Origin: an uncultured Alphaproteobacteria bacterium
GTDB lineage: Bacteria; Pseudomonadota; Alphaproteobacteria; Rs-D84
NCBI GenBank assembly: GCA_944389515.1
Contig: CALXMQ010000002.1
Span: forward strand, 71,094 to 135,093
Length of the DNA: 64,000 nt
Direction: 5' to 3'
Each line of letters starts with the position of its first letter. Within the stretch, counting starts at the first letter, position 1. A program made the position numbers and the translations under genes. Of the stretch, positions 51,171 to 61,493 are shown piece by piece. Below the pieces are notes generated by a model. It saw nothing but the letters and a program-made list of their open reading frames with translations, was not told where the DNA came from and did no database searches.

Positions 51171-51502
51171 TAATTCAAGCAAGCAAGGGGGGATTGTATC
51201 CAAAAATGCGACAACAAGTGTTAAAAGCATTGGCAAATCCAGCGCGTATTTTTTACGTGCCTTATTCACTGGCGGTGATAAATTTTGCAGTGCAATTTAT
51301 TGTTTTTATTGTTGTTTTTATAATTGGATTGATTATTTACGGGGCAGATTCTTGGATAAATCCTTTGTATTTTTTAATATCTGTGATTGTGGTTCATATG
51401 ATATTGGCGTTTTTTGCAAAACGTGAACCACAACTGGGACAGATTATATCGGCAAAAATACAACTGATTAAAAAAAAGATACCGGGGCGATTGGCGGCAT
51501 AA
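51146..51502 (+). CDS. virB3: type IV secretion system protein VirB3
   Basis: LKALANPARIFYVPYSLAVINF matches the VirB3 core (FKGLTRPAMIxGVPYxYFxLNF), followed by a TM helix. True start may be the internal ATG at 51206. Confidence 0.7.
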   Translation: MLKTVEIVIIQASKGGLYPKMRQQVLKALANPARIFYVPYSLAVINFAVQFIVFIVVFIIGLIIYGADSWINPLYFLISVIVVHMILAFFAKREPQLGQIISAKIQLIKKKIPGRLAA

Positions 51503-51505
51503 AAT

Positions 51506-53920
51506 ATGAACGGATTTTTTGAACATTTTGCAGGCGGTGAATTTCCAATTACCACAATAATCTTGGTAATGATTGTTGTGTTTGTGTTTATTGTTTTAAT
51601 GATGTATATCCCAGCATTGACACGTAAAATATTTCCTAAATTTGGGTATGTGCGGTATTCGCAATATTTGCCGTTCAAAAATGTTTATACAGATAATTCA
51701 ATAACTTTGACAGATGGGTCGATTATTCGCGTGTATCGCGTGGCAGGTGTTCAAACCAGTATGCAAGATGATGATGCACGTGCTAAATTTTTAGATTTAC
51801 GTTCGCAATTATTTAATCAAATACGTGACCCAAATGTGGTTATCAGATTTTATACTGTGCGTGATGCGGTTGGTGAAAATACAAATTACGAATTTGACCA
51901 GCCCGTATTACAAAAAATTTATAATAAATGGAAATCTCAGGGATTACGTATTTTTACAAATAATTATTATATTGTGTTATCTGTTGGTGGGGCAAATGCA
52001 CGTGAAAAATTAAATCAATATGGTAATTATATTGAATCTATATTGGCGGCATACAGACCCAGTGTATTGCGTAATGATGCGTCTGATAATATGGCAAAAT
52101 TCTTTGGACGTATATTGTCACCAATTACCAAGCCGGCACCAATGGTTTGCGACCAAAATATCAGTGATGTTACAACAGTTGATGATGTTGAATTTATGGA
52201 TAATGGAATAATTCGGTATACTGGTGATGGACGTCAATCATTTGCAGCAGCAATTTCGTTCAAAATGTCACCTGATTATTTAGACGAAGATTTCTTTAAT
52301 GCGATATACACAATTCAAACAGAAATGATTTGCATGAATGCGTTTAGAATAATGGGCGCAGCAGATATTGAATCTGTGTTACGGCAACGTCGTGCAACAG
52401 CCGAAGAAAAAGAAACGTCTGCAACAGAACAAATCAGTGCGGCGGAATCTGCGATGGATGAAAATATTTCTGGAAATCAGAATCTGGTAAATTATTATCC
52501 GTTGTTTTTAATATTTGGTGCCAGTGTTCAAGAATTAGAACAATATATTGATGAATTTAACAAGATTGCTGCATCGTATGGGGTATCACCGATTGTGGAA
52601 TCTTTTGCATCACGTGTGTCTTGGTTTGCACAAATTCCTGGGTTTGATGTTTTTCCGCGCAGTTTCAAAATGTTGTCACGTACTGCGGCGGTCAGTATCC
52701 CGATGTCCAGCACACCACGTGGTGTTGCAAATTGTGATTGGGGCCCGGGGCCATTGGTTATTTTCCCAACTGCCCAGGGTACACCATATCAATTTCAATT
52801 TCATGTATCTGACAAACCAGCCGCAGTGGCACATACTTTGACCATCGGGCCAACAGGCGGTGGTAAAACGACTTTGTTCAGTTTCTTGATTGCGCAATCT
52901 TTGCGACATAAGAAATTAAAAGCGTTTTTCTTTGATAGAAACAAGGGTGCAGAAATTTTCACTTTGTCAGTTGGTGGCAAATATGTGACGATGGTTGGTA
53001 AAGACAAAGATAAAAAAGCGGATTCTTTTCAAACACACTTAAATCCATTAAAAATGTCTGATACCCCAGATAATCGCGCATTTTTGCGGCGGTGGTTTGC
53101 AATGATTACTGGGAACAGTGATGCAAATTCGGCTGATGAAATTGCACGTGCGGTATCGGTAAATTTTGATTATTTACAACAAAATGACAGATTATTAAAA
53201 AATTTATGGGAAAGTTGTTTTTCATCTGTGGGTAATATGAGGCCGGCATTGAAAAAGTGGGTCGACCCGTTACAATATGGTGATATATTTAATGAAGATT
53301 CTGATACGTTGGATTTGAATTCACGTCTGACCACATTTGATTTTACAGATATATTACAAGATGAAACATTGGCGCCGGCTGTGATATCGTATATTTTACA
53401 CAGAATAAATAATGATACTGTGTCGGGAGGTAATCCATCGTTGATTATGATTGATGAAACAGCGCCAATGCTGGAAAATAAAATGTTCCGTGACAGTTTT
53501 ATAACGGGATTGCAAGAAGGGCGTAAAAATCGCCAGGCGTATATGGTTGCATTTCAACGGGCAAATGTTTTGGATAAATTGGGGATTGGTGATGTTGTTC
53601 GTGGCCAGGCGCAAACAGTGCTGTTTTTCCGTAATCCGGCGGCCGATGTGTCGGATTATCAATATTGGAATTTGAATCCATTGGAAATGGCATTTATTCA
53701 GGGCAAGGCATATCCGAATCTGAAACGCGCAGTTTTGTTATCACGGCCGGTTACTGGTGAATCTGTGATTTTGAATACTGAATTGGGTGGTTTGGGTAAT
53801 TTGTTGCGATTGTTTGAATCTGGGCGTTCGTCGGTATTATTGGCCGAAGAATTATATGCACAATATGGAAATAACTTTGTCGCAGAATATTTGAAAAAGC
53901 AAGGGGCAGGCGATTTATAA
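51506..53920 (+). CDS. virB4: type IV secretion system ATPase VirB4
   Basis: 804 aa. N-terminal TM, Walker A GPTGGGKTT, and the CagE/TrbE/VirB4 layout. Confidence 0.9.
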   Translation: MNGFFEHFAGGEFPITTIILVMIVVFVFIVLMMYIPALTRKIFPKFGYVRYSQYLPFKNVYTDNSITLTDGSIIRVYRVAGVQTSMQDDDARAKFLDLRSQLFNQIRDPNVVIRFYTVRDAVGENTNYEFDQPVLQKIYNKWKSQGLRIFTNNYYIVLSVGGANAREKLNQYGNYIESILAAYRPSVLRNDASDNMAKFFGRILSPITKPAPMVCDQNISDVTTVDDVEFMDNGIIRYTGDGRQSFAAAISFKMSPDYLDEDFFNAIYTIQTEMICMNAFRIMGAADIESVLRQRRATAEEKETSATEQISAAESAMDENISGNQNLVNYYPLFLIFGASVQELEQYIDEFNKIAASYGVSPIVESFASRVSWFAQIPGFDVFPRSFKMLSRTAAVSIPMSSTPRGVANCDWGPGPLVIFPTAQGTPYQFQFHVSDKPAAVAHTLTIGPTGGGKTTLFSFLIAQSLRHKKLKAFFFDRNKGAEIFTLSVGGKYVTMVGKDKDKKADSFQTHLNPLKMSDTPDNRAFLRRWFAMITGNSDANSADEIARAVSVNFDYLQQNDRLLKNLWESCFSSVGNMRPALKKWVDPLQYGDIFNEDSDTLDLNSRLTTFDFTDILQDETLAPAVISYILHRINNDTVSGGNPSLIMIDETAPMLENKMFRDSFITGLQEGRKNRQAYMVAFQRANVLDKLGIGDVVRGQAQTVLFFRNPAADVSDYQYWNLNPLEMAFIQGKAYPNLKRAVLLSRPVTGESVILNTELGGLGNLLRLFESGRSSVLLAEELYAQYGNNFVAEYLKKQGAGDL

Positions 53921-53923
53921 AAT

Positions 53924-54544
53924 ATGAAATTTGTAAAAATTTTATGTTTTATTACTTGTTTTATTCCGTGTATTGCACGGGCCAATGATGATTGTTTGCC
54001 ATATAAATTAAAACCAAGTGTTATGTTGGATACACCAACGTGGTCAAAAGAAGTTGTGCAACCGTTGCGTCATATGGATTTGTTACATGGTAATGTTGTT
54101 GCAACAATGGTTGATAATTATGACATTGTGGCTGATATTACAAATATCGAAGATGGATATTGTGTTGCATTAAAATCTGTGTATGCGACGGTTGGGTATA
54201 CTGATTTTTTGGTTCAAATTGATATTCGTCATGTGCCAGAATCATGCACATACAACGCGATTTTATCACACGAAGACGAACATATTCGTGCTTATTTGTC
54301 TGTGATTGATGATTATAAAAAAGAATTAAAAGATTCTGTATATTCGGCGGCGGATTCTGTTACACCAATTTTTGTACGAAATGCCGCGGATATTGATGCG
54401 GCGATTTCTGAATTAAATGATGAATTACAGGCGCATCCAGATTTAATTTTAGTTAAACAAAAAATCAAAGCAGCCGAAGAAATCCGTAACAAGCGTGTTG
54501 ACCAACATGACACTGGTCAATCGTTGCAGAAATGTTTTGAATAA
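53924..54544 (+). CDS. secreted hypothetical protein with HEDEH motif (DUF922-like Zn-peptidase?)
   Basis: Signal peptide MKFVKILCFITCFIPCIARA. Contains ILSHEDEHIRAY. Translationally coupled to the virB4 stop. Confidence 0.35.
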   Translation: MKFVKILCFITCFIPCIARANDDCLPYKLKPSVMLDTPTWSKEVVQPLRHMDLLHGNVVATMVDNYDIVADITNIEDGYCVALKSVYATVGYTDFLVQIDIRHVPESCTYNAILSHEDEHIRAYLSVIDDYKKELKDSVYSAADSVTPIFVRNAADIDAAISELNDELQAHPDLILVKQKIKAAEEIRNKRVDQHDTGQSLQKCFE

Positions 54545-54546
54545 AA

Positions 54547-56169
54547 TTATTTTTCATCTGAATTTGTCTGATAATAATATTCCAATAATTCGTGTGAATA
54601 TTCTTCGATTCTGCCGCTGGGCAATACCAGCATTCTGGTAATTCCGATTTGTTCAACAAATTCTGGATTATGGCTGACAACAATAATTGTACCTGGGTAA
54701 TCATGGAAATTATCGCCGATTATCATTTGCGTTTCTGGATCCAGGTGGTTGGTTGGTTCGTCTAATATCAGCATATTTGCGCGTTTTAATAACATCTTAC
54801 ACAGTGCAACACGCGCCTTTTCACCGGGGGATAATACTGATACTTGTTTGAATACATCCATATCAAAAAATAAAAAGTTTGCCAATATGGTTCGTAATTG
54901 TTGGTCGGTGTAATCGGGATGATATACATTTTCTAGAACAGTTTTATTTTCGTCCAGTAATTCCAGTTCTTGGGCATAATATGCAATATCTGTTTTTGGG
55001 TTTATTGTTATTGTGCCGCGTTCCGGGGTCAGTTGCCCAAGTATTATTTTTAATAATGTTGATTTTCCTGTTCCATTTTCGCCGACGATTAAAAATCTTT
55101 CACCACCAGTTATGTAAAAAGATAATTTTCTGTATAATAATTTTGCACCAGGGTATCTGAACCATAAATCTTCAACAAAAACAGGGTGACGTGAACCAGC
55201 GGTCAATGGTGTTAAATCCATATTGATTTTTTTATATGTTTGCGCGCGAATTGTTCGATTTGCCAAAATTTTTGCCAGTTGTTTTTCACGTGTATGACCA
55301 ATGCGTTTTATGCTGTGATTTGTGGGACTGGCCGCGCGTGCTTTTTCTATGAATTCAGTCAAATGTGCGATTTGTCTTTCTTCGGATTCGATTTGCTTTT
55401 CACGACGATGTTTAATTTGCGCCAATTTGTTTTTATAATCATCATAATTGCCGTCAAATACAGTTGTTTTATGTGATACTTTATCAACCAATAATATCTT
55501 GGTCACAATTTTGTTTAAGAATTCTGTATCATGACTGATGATTAAAACCATACCTTTGTATTTTTTAAGGTATCCACAAACCCAATCTTTGGTATTTATA
55601 TCCAGATGATTTGTTGGCTCATCCAATAATAAAACACCAGATCGGGAATACAGCAGGCGTGCAAATGCAACCTTGGATTTTTGGCCGCCGGACAGGTTTT
55701 TTAATTTCATGTCCAGCATCGCGGAATCAATTTGCATATTTTCAATTATTTCCAATAATTCATCTTCGGCATGATAATAATTATAATATTCCAGTCGTTC
55801 TTGGGTTTCTGATATTTGGTGCATTATATTTTGGTCGTCTGGGGCATCTGCGATTTGTTCATATAATTTTTTCAGTTTATTTTCTAAATCTGAAATTGGA
55901 CGACCTGTAATTAAAAAATCCCAAACTGTGATTTCAGGGTCGGATAATTCAAGTTGTTGGGGCAAATATGCGATGTTTTCATTATTTGTGTTTATGTATC
56001 CTGAATCCGGCTTTATTTGTCCCAGGATTATTTTGAATAACGTTGTTTTGCCGGCACCATTTACACCAACAATTCCAACCTTGTCGCGCGGCAGCAGATT
56101 AAATTCGGCATTATCATAAATGACGTTTGTTCCAAATGATAAAGATAAATTTACTGCTTTCATATTCAA
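54547..56169 (-). CDS. ABC-F family ATPase (tandem ABC domains, no TMD)
   Basis: Two Walker A motifs (GVNGAGKTT and GENGTGKST) and two LSGGxK signatures. 540 aa. Confidence 0.85.
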   Translation of the reverse strand: MNMKAVNLSLSFGTNVIYDNAEFNLLPRDKVGIVGVNGAGKTTLFKIILGQIKPDSGYINTNNENIAYLPQQLELSDPEITVWDFLITGRPISDLENKLKKLYEQIADAPDDQNIMHQISETQERLEYYNYYHAEDELLEIIENMQIDSAMLDMKLKNLSGGQKSKVAFARLLYSRSGVLLLDEPTNHLDINTKDWVCGYLKKYKGMVLIISHDTEFLNKIVTKILLVDKVSHKTTVFDGNYDDYKNKLAQIKHRREKQIESEERQIAHLTEFIEKARAASPTNHSIKRIGHTREKQLAKILANRTIRAQTYKKINMDLTPLTAGSRHPVFVEDLWFRYPGAKLLYRKLSFYITGGERFLIVGENGTGKSTLLKIILGQLTPERGTITINPKTDIAYYAQELELLDENKTVLENVYHPDYTDQQLRTILANFLFFDMDVFKQVSVLSPGEKARVALCKMLLKRANMLILDEPTNHLDPETQMIIGDNFHDYPGTIIVVSHNPEFVEQIGITRMLVLPSGRIEEYSHELLEYYYQTNSDEK

Positions 56170-56209
56170 AATATATTGTATAATAATATTTACAATAAAA
56201 GGGGAAACA

Positions 56210-56557
56210 ATGAAAAAATTATTATTTTTATGTTTTGGATTGGTTTTGTCAGCATGTGGTGAAAGTGCGAATATCGAAGGTAAATGGGTTGAACCAGTGC
56301 CAAATATGCCTGGGGTAAAACAGGGATTTAGTTTAGAGCAGGGCGGTGTCGCAGAATCTATAAATATGGCGACATTGCAATATAATGCATGGCAATTAGA
56401 AGATAATATTTTGATATTATCTGGGAAAAGTATAGGAAATCACCAAGTGATTGATTTTACCGAAAAATACGAAATCGCAAGTGTTGATGATGACAAGTTG
56501 ATATTAAAGAACGGTGATGATATCCGTGAATTTACACGATGCACAGATTGTGAATAA
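56210..56557 (+). CDS. small lipoprotein
   Basis: Lipobox LSAC after MKKLLFLCFGLV. 115 aa. Confidence 0.5.
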   Translation: MKKLLFLCFGLVLSACGESANIEGKWVEPVPNMPGVKQGFSLEQGGVAESINMATLQYNAWQLEDNILILSGKSIGNHQVIDFTEKYEIASVDDDKLILKNGDDIREFTRCTDCE

Positions 56558-56562
56558 GTGAA

Positions 56563-56774
56563 TAAAAACACCCCATTTCGGGGTGTTTTTATTTTTAACT
56601 TGGTTGTTGGCGGTGGATTTACTTCGTCACCTGGAAACCTTTGCTGGCGCAAACCGGCGTACTGCCGTCCGCCTGGTTTCGGCGGTTGAACCACATTGCT
56701 TCTGTGGTTCAAAACCAACACAACACACATAAAATAAAAAATACACCACAATGGGTGTATTTTTCATTTTAACT

Positions 56775-56800
<26 letters not shown>
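56563..56800. repeat. diverged direct repeat (56563-56625 and 56736-56800): terminator hairpin plus tttt(a/c)(a/t)tttaacttggttg plus the tRNA-fMet 3' end or a degraded copy of it
   Basis: Copy A: ..ggggtgtttttatttttaacttggttgttggcggtggattt. Copy B: ..gggtgtatttttcattttaacttggttgcggagtgtggattt. The spacer carries ctgtggttcaaaacc, an inverted T-arm-like fragment. Confidence 0.6.
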
Positions 56801-56851
<51 letters not shown>

Positions 56852-56994
56852 GCGAACGGGGCTAATTATATAACCTTTTATTTGTATTGTCAAATAAAAT
56901 CAAAAATTAGGGATAAAGGACAGAATTCCTTAGTGTCTTGAAATATGATTTTTTTACTGCTAGAATCCAACAGTACAAAAACAGGTTAGTATAT

Positions 56995-57798
56995 ATGTAT
57001 CAGACTTTTAGAAAATTATGGAAGGCTTTTTGGGAACCTATTTTGCGGTTGCCGTTGTTTCAATGGATTATTGCCGGTGCAATGGCGTTGGCAATTTGGT
57101 TTGTATATTTTACTTGTCGTAAAAAAATTACAAATTGGGATGTTTTTAAGAAGTATCGCAAAAAACCAGCAATATTTATATTTTGGCATGGGCGCAGTAT
57201 GATGTTATCGCCAATCGTGTGTTTGGGTGGTATGCGTGCGTATGCCGTGGCATCGCGTCATAAAGATGGACGTATGATGGCAAAGTTACAGCGTTTATTC
57301 GGATTAAAATCAATTTATGGCAGCACGTCTGAGGGTGGAATATCCGTATTGCGCCAAGGAGTGCGGATTTTGCGGCGCGGTGATTATTCTATGTGTTTGT
57401 CGCCTGATGGGCCTGGGGGGCCGTCGTTGCGTGTCCAAGATGGGGCGTTATATTTTGCAAAAATGACAGGGGCGCCAATTATACCGGTATGTTATTCTGC
57501 GTCGCGTGCATGGTTTCAAGATCGTTGGGACAGGTATTTGGTCGCGTTGCCTTTTTCAACTATAACGTGTAAAGTTGGGGAACCTGTGTTTATTGATTCT
57601 AAAATCAGTGCTGATGATTTTGAAAAAGTACGCAAGCATATAGAAGATATTATGGTGCAACAGGTACGTGAAATGGATGGCGAATTTAACTTGTTCCAGG
57701 TTGAACAAGATTTGACGTCCACAGAATTCAAAAATAAACGTCGTGCAGAAAAAGCGGCTAAGAAAGCACAGAAAAAATCTGGTCGTGGGAAAAAATAA
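56995..57798 (+). CDS. DUF374 lysophospholipid acyltransferase-like protein (commonly linked to waaA/lpxK)
   Basis: TM, then FIFWHGRSMM...ASRHKDGRMMAKL...LSPDGPGGP. K-rich tail. Confidence 0.65.
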   Translation: MYQTFRKLWKAFWEPILRLPLFQWIIAGAMALAIWFVYFTCRKKITNWDVFKKYRKKPAIFIFWHGRSMMLSPIVCLGGMRAYAVASRHKDGRMMAKLQRLFGLKSIYGSTSEGGISVLRQGVRILRRGDYSMCLSPDGPGGPSLRVQDGALYFAKMTGAPIIPVCYSASRAWFQDRWDRYLVALPFSTITCKVGEPVFIDSKISADDFEKVRKHIEDIMVQQVREMDGEFNLFQVEQDLTSTEFKNKRRAEKAAKKAQKKSGRGKK

Positions 57799-57800
57799 AA

Positions 57801-58715
57801 ATGAAAACACCTTGGTGGTTTTTGCATAAAACACCGCTGGCTTGGTTATTAGTGCCAGTGTCATGGATTTATTATTTATTTGGTCGATTGGTTTTTATGT
57901 TCCGCAAAATTGGCGCATATAAATCACGGCGTAAAATAATATGTGTTGGAAATATATTGGCCGGTGGGGTTGGAAAAACACCGATTGTACGTGCCATCGC
58001 AGAATTTTTAGATGCGCCTGTTGTAATGCGTGGATATAAAAAAAGCGCCAAGACTGGTAATGTTGGTGACGAAGCTGCGATGTTGGCGCGTGGTGGATTG
58101 CAGGTGCATGTTGGTGATAGAAAAAGCAATATTATTTTATTAAATCGTCAGATGTCAGAATCTGGGCCGATTGTAATGGATGATGGATTCCAAAACCCTA
58201 AAATAAAAAAAGATATTTCTGTGTTGGTGTTTGATGACAGTATTGGATATGGAAATGGTTTTTTATTGCCAGCTGGGCCGTTGCGCGAACCGCGTCGTGC
58301 CATACGTCGTGCAGATGCAGTTATTGTAATTAAAACATCTGGGGCACGCCGTAAATTCAAATTACCAGAAAATATCCCAGTATTTTATGCGCAAACGAAA
58401 ACTGTATCACCATATGATGATAATGAAAAATTATTTGCGTTTGCAGGAATTGGATATCCGCGGAAATTTTTCCGGACATTAAAAAATTTAGTCGGAAAAA
58501 AATCTTTCCCAGATCATTATCAATACACAGACCAAGATTTGCAAAAATTATTTGATGCCGCAAATAAGCGTGGTGCAAAACTGATTACAACTGAAAAAGA
58601 CTGGATAAGATTACCGGAATCTGTGCGTGGTGATATAAAATATGCCCAGTTGGATATGCGTTTGGATGATGATTTTTGGACTTGGTTGGGGGATAAAATA
58701 AAATGTCAACATTGA
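57801..58715 (+). CDS. lpxK: tetraacyldisaccharide 4'-kinase
   Basis: P-loop GNILAGGVGKTP after an N-terminal TM. Confidence 0.85.
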   Translation: MKTPWWFLHKTPLAWLLVPVSWIYYLFGRLVFMFRKIGAYKSRRKIICVGNILAGGVGKTPIVRAIAEFLDAPVVMRGYKKSAKTGNVGDEAAMLARGGLQVHVGDRKSNIILLNRQMSESGPIVMDDGFQNPKIKKDISVLVFDDSIGYGNGFLLPAGPLREPRRAIRRADAVIVIKTSGARRKFKLPENIPVFYAQTKTVSPYDDNEKLFAFAGIGYPRKFFRTLKNLVGKKSFPDHYQYTDQDLQKLFDAANKRGAKLITTEKDWIRLPESVRGDIKYAQLDMRLDDDFWTWLGDKIKCQH

Positions 58716-59644
58716 AAAAACAGGTAAAGATTGTCGGCAAAGGGATTCATTCTGGGGCGCCAGTTAGTATGATTATAAAACCTTCACGCAAGGTTGGAAT
58801 TTTTTTTCAGCGTATGGATATGTCAGACAGTATACCGATGCGTGCAACATATGACAATGTTGGCGAAACAAAAATGCGCAATACAACAATCGGTGATATT
58901 ACAGGTGCCCATGTTCAAACAGTTGAACATTTAATGGCGGCGTTGTTTTTGGCCGGTATTGACAGTGCGATTATTGAAATAGATGGGCCAGAAACACCAA
59001 TTTTGGATGGCAGTGCGGCTGAATTTTATAATGATTTTATTGCGGCTGGGGTTACAGGGCGTGTTTGTAAAAAAATCGTTGTGCGGCGTACTGTTATTGC
59101 ACATGCAGCAGAATTGCGTCGTGACATGTGTTGGATAACGCGATTAAAGTGGTGGATTATAAATACTGTATCTGGGCGAAAAAGCAATGGGTATGTAAAA
59201 TTATCACCAAATGATAAAGATGCGCTGGAAATAACAGCAACACTGATTTATCCAGAAAAAATTATTGGAAATCAGACGTATTCTTATACATTTGACGGAA
59301 CCAAAAAATCGATTTCTGATTTTGTTAAAAATATTGCACGCGCGCGTACGTTTGGCAAGTATTCTGAGTGGGAATATCTGAAATCGCACGGTATGGCACG
59401 TGGCGCAGATGAAACAAATGTAATTGCATTAAATAATCGTGGGGATGGGACATTAAATAATACAATATGGCCAGATGAATTTGTTCGCCATAAGATTATT
59501 GATGCGTTGGGTGATATGTACACGTCTGGCGGATTTGTTGTCGGAAAATTAGAATCTTTTAAGGGCAGTCATGCGTTAAACAATTTGGTGTTGAAAAAGT
59601 TGTTCAGTGACGCGGCAAATTATGATATAATTGAATCAAAATAA
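58703..59644 (+). CDS. lpxC: UDP-3-O-acyl-N-acetylglucosamine deacetylase
   Basis: VGETKMRNTTIGD...VEHLMAALFLAGID...HKIIDALGDMY...HALNN aligns along the full length to E. coli LpxC. Confidence 0.9.
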   Translation: MSTLKKQVKIVGKGIHSGAPVSMIIKPSRKVGIFFQRMDMSDSIPMRATYDNVGETKMRNTTIGDITGAHVQTVEHLMAALFLAGIDSAIIEIDGPETPILDGSAAEFYNDFIAAGVTGRVCKKIVVRRTVIAHAAELRRDMCWITRLKWWIINTVSGRKSNGYVKLSPNDKDALEITATLIYPEKIIGNQTYSYTFDGTKKSISDFVKNIARARTFGKYSEWEYLKSHGMARGADETNVIALNNRGDGTLNNTIWPDEFVRHKIIDALGDMYTSGGFVVGKLESFKGSHALNNLVLKKLFSDAANYDIIESK

Positions 59645-59665
59645 TAATAAACAGGGATATGTAAT

Positions 59666-60106
59666 ATGAAAAAAGCATTTGCATTTTGTTCTTTGTTTTT
59701 GGCGTTGTGTGCATGTGGCGGTATGATTAAAAACGAAAATGGCAGCCAATATTTAACACAACTGGACGCGGAACCGATTGGATGCACATTTTTGTATAAA
59801 ATTGAATCAGAAGTATCGGTTTATGATGCTGATGATGCACGTGTGTATTTGGAAAATAGAATTGTTGACCAGGCGCGTCCTGGGAACGCATATTGGATAA
59901 CCAGTCAACGTACACGCCCGAACGAGTGGGTAATATTTGGCCCGGAACGTGCGTTTGTATTGGTCGCAAATGTTTATGATTGTCCACATCCAAACAGTGT
60001 GCGTACCGCCAAAGATGGGGGAACCAGTATTACGGCGACACCTGTGTTGGTTGAACATCAAATAAATTGCAATGACACCATGTATGGTGGTATGGGTGGT
60101 TGTTGA
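59666..60106 (+). CDS. lipoprotein of unknown function
   Basis: Lipobox LALCAC. 146 aa. Confidence 0.5.
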   Translation: MKKAFAFCSLFLALCACGGMIKNENGSQYLTQLDAEPIGCTFLYKIESEVSVYDADDARVYLENRIVDQARPGNAYWITSQRTRPNEWVIFGPERAFVLVANVYDCPHPNSVRTAKDGGTSITATPVLVEHQINCNDTMYGGMGGC

Positions 60107-60124
60107 TATAGATAATAAAATATA

Positions 60125-60163
60125 ATCAACACCCGTTGTGTGAAAACAACGGGTGTTGTTTTT
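60125..60163 (+). terminator. intrinsic terminator
   Basis: caacacccgttgtgtgaaaacaacgggtgttg followed by TTTTT. Confidence 0.6.
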
Positions 60164-60230
60164 GTATTCTGTGTTTGCCAAAGCCGGTTTTTTTATGTTA
60201 TAATTACTTGAAATATATCAGAGAGAGAAA

Positions 60231-61493
60231 TTGTCAGGCCAAGTTATAACTGTTGACAGGAAAAAATATGCCGTTGGATTGTTTTGGCAACCCACGGGGG
60301 CTGGGTATGTTGCGCGTACGTATGCACGTGCGTTGGCGCGCAGTATTGATAAAAAACTAAATTTATATACTGAATATCGCGCGATGGTGGGATTGGGGTC
60401 TAAACGTGCCGGTCATCGTAGTGGTATGGACAGTGCCGCCGCCGCCATTGCGGATGCATTGGGGGAATTTACATCATTTTTAGCGGTTTTTGCGCTGGAT
60501 AAATCTTTTTATTTGGTTGCGGTTCGTAATGGCGTGATTTTAGAAGATAAGTTGTTTGAACGTGAAGAAGATGCACGTGCAGAATATTTTAAGTTATCTG
60601 AAATCCCAGATTGGGGCGCGTTGTTTGCACCGGGGGCGTGGGGGATGCCACGTGCGGTTGAACGTAATTTACCTGATTTAATCATGCGTACGGCACGTGC
60701 CACTTTGCGACCAATCAGTCGTGCGCGTGCGGTTGTTGTATCAATTATTTTGGTATTGATGTTTGTGGGTGTGTTTTTGTGGTTCTTTCGTGAACCATTG
60801 CGTCAAATGTTTGCACCGCAACCACAGATATCAAATGTTTCGCCTGAAATCGTTGCAGAATATGAACGTCAGGTCGAAGAAAAAAATAAAGAATTGGACG
60901 AACAATTTCAAATTGAACGTGCACCACAGCCGGAACCAATTATATTGCCGTATGAATTTTTACCAAATCCAACAATACGTGCAGAAACATGTTTCCAGGC
61001 AATCGCGTTTTTAATGCAACCTATTACTGGGTGGAGTCAGGTTTCCGCGGAATGTGGTGAAACACATGCCAGTGTTGTATTTAATCGTGATTTTGGCACA
61101 TTAAATGATTTTTATGCGACGGCCACAGAATTGATGCCTGGGTCGTTTGTACAACAAGAATCTGATGATACGTTGTATGTGCGTGCAACATTGCCGGCAG
61201 TGCCGACGTATGCATCATTGGATGAACGTGATGTTGAAACAGTATTACGCGCGGTGTTGAGTGCATTTCAATACGGTGGGATGTCTGTGGATGCGCAAAT
61301 GGTGACAGATACTTTGACCAATGGGGTTGATACAGTAAATCTGGATATAGTAGAAGTTGCGGCAGAATCAAAATTAAATCCAATGCAATTTATGAAGATT
61401 TTTGAAGAATTTGGCGGGGTGTATATGACGCGCTGTGCGTGGGATGCATCAACACGGAACTGGAACTATGAGGTGATAATCTATGCGAAATAA
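60231..61493 (+). CDS. bitopic inner-membrane type IVb pilus assembly protein (BfpC / R64 PilO-like), TTG start
   Basis: 420 aa. About 165 aa cytoplasmic, a single TM (VVVSIILVLMFVGVFLWFF), then about 235 aa periplasmic. Position and topology match bfpC/pilO upstream of the ATPase. Confidence 0.45.
   Translation: MSGQVITVDRKKYAVGLFWQPTGAGYVARTYARALARSIDKKLNLYTEYRAMVGLGSKRAGHRSGMDSAAAAIADALGEFTSFLAVFALDKSFYLVAVRNGVILEDKLFEREEDARAEYFKLSEIPDWGALFAPGAWGMPRAVERNLPDLIMRTARATLRPISRARAVVVSIILVLMFVGVFLWFFREPLRQMFAPQPQISNVSPEIVAEYERQVEEKNKELDEQFQIERAPQPEPIILPYEFLPNPTIRAETCFQAIAFLMQPITGWSQVSAECGETHASVVFNRDFGTLNDFYATATELMPGSFVQQESDDTLYVRATLPAVPTYASLDERDVETVLRAVLSAFQYGGMSVDAQMVTDTLTNGVDTVNLDIVEVAAESKLNPMQFMKIFEEFGGVYMTRCAWDASTRNWNYEVIIYAK

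Noticed and set aside
56596-56735. Possible tmRNA or second tRNA in the tRNA-fMet spacer (ends ...TAAATCCACCGCCAACAACCA on the minus strand)
   Set aside because: The acceptor/T-arm-like pairing is too degenerate: the T-loop is the wrong size and no resume-codon/tag ORF is present. Treated as a decayed partial tRNA copy.
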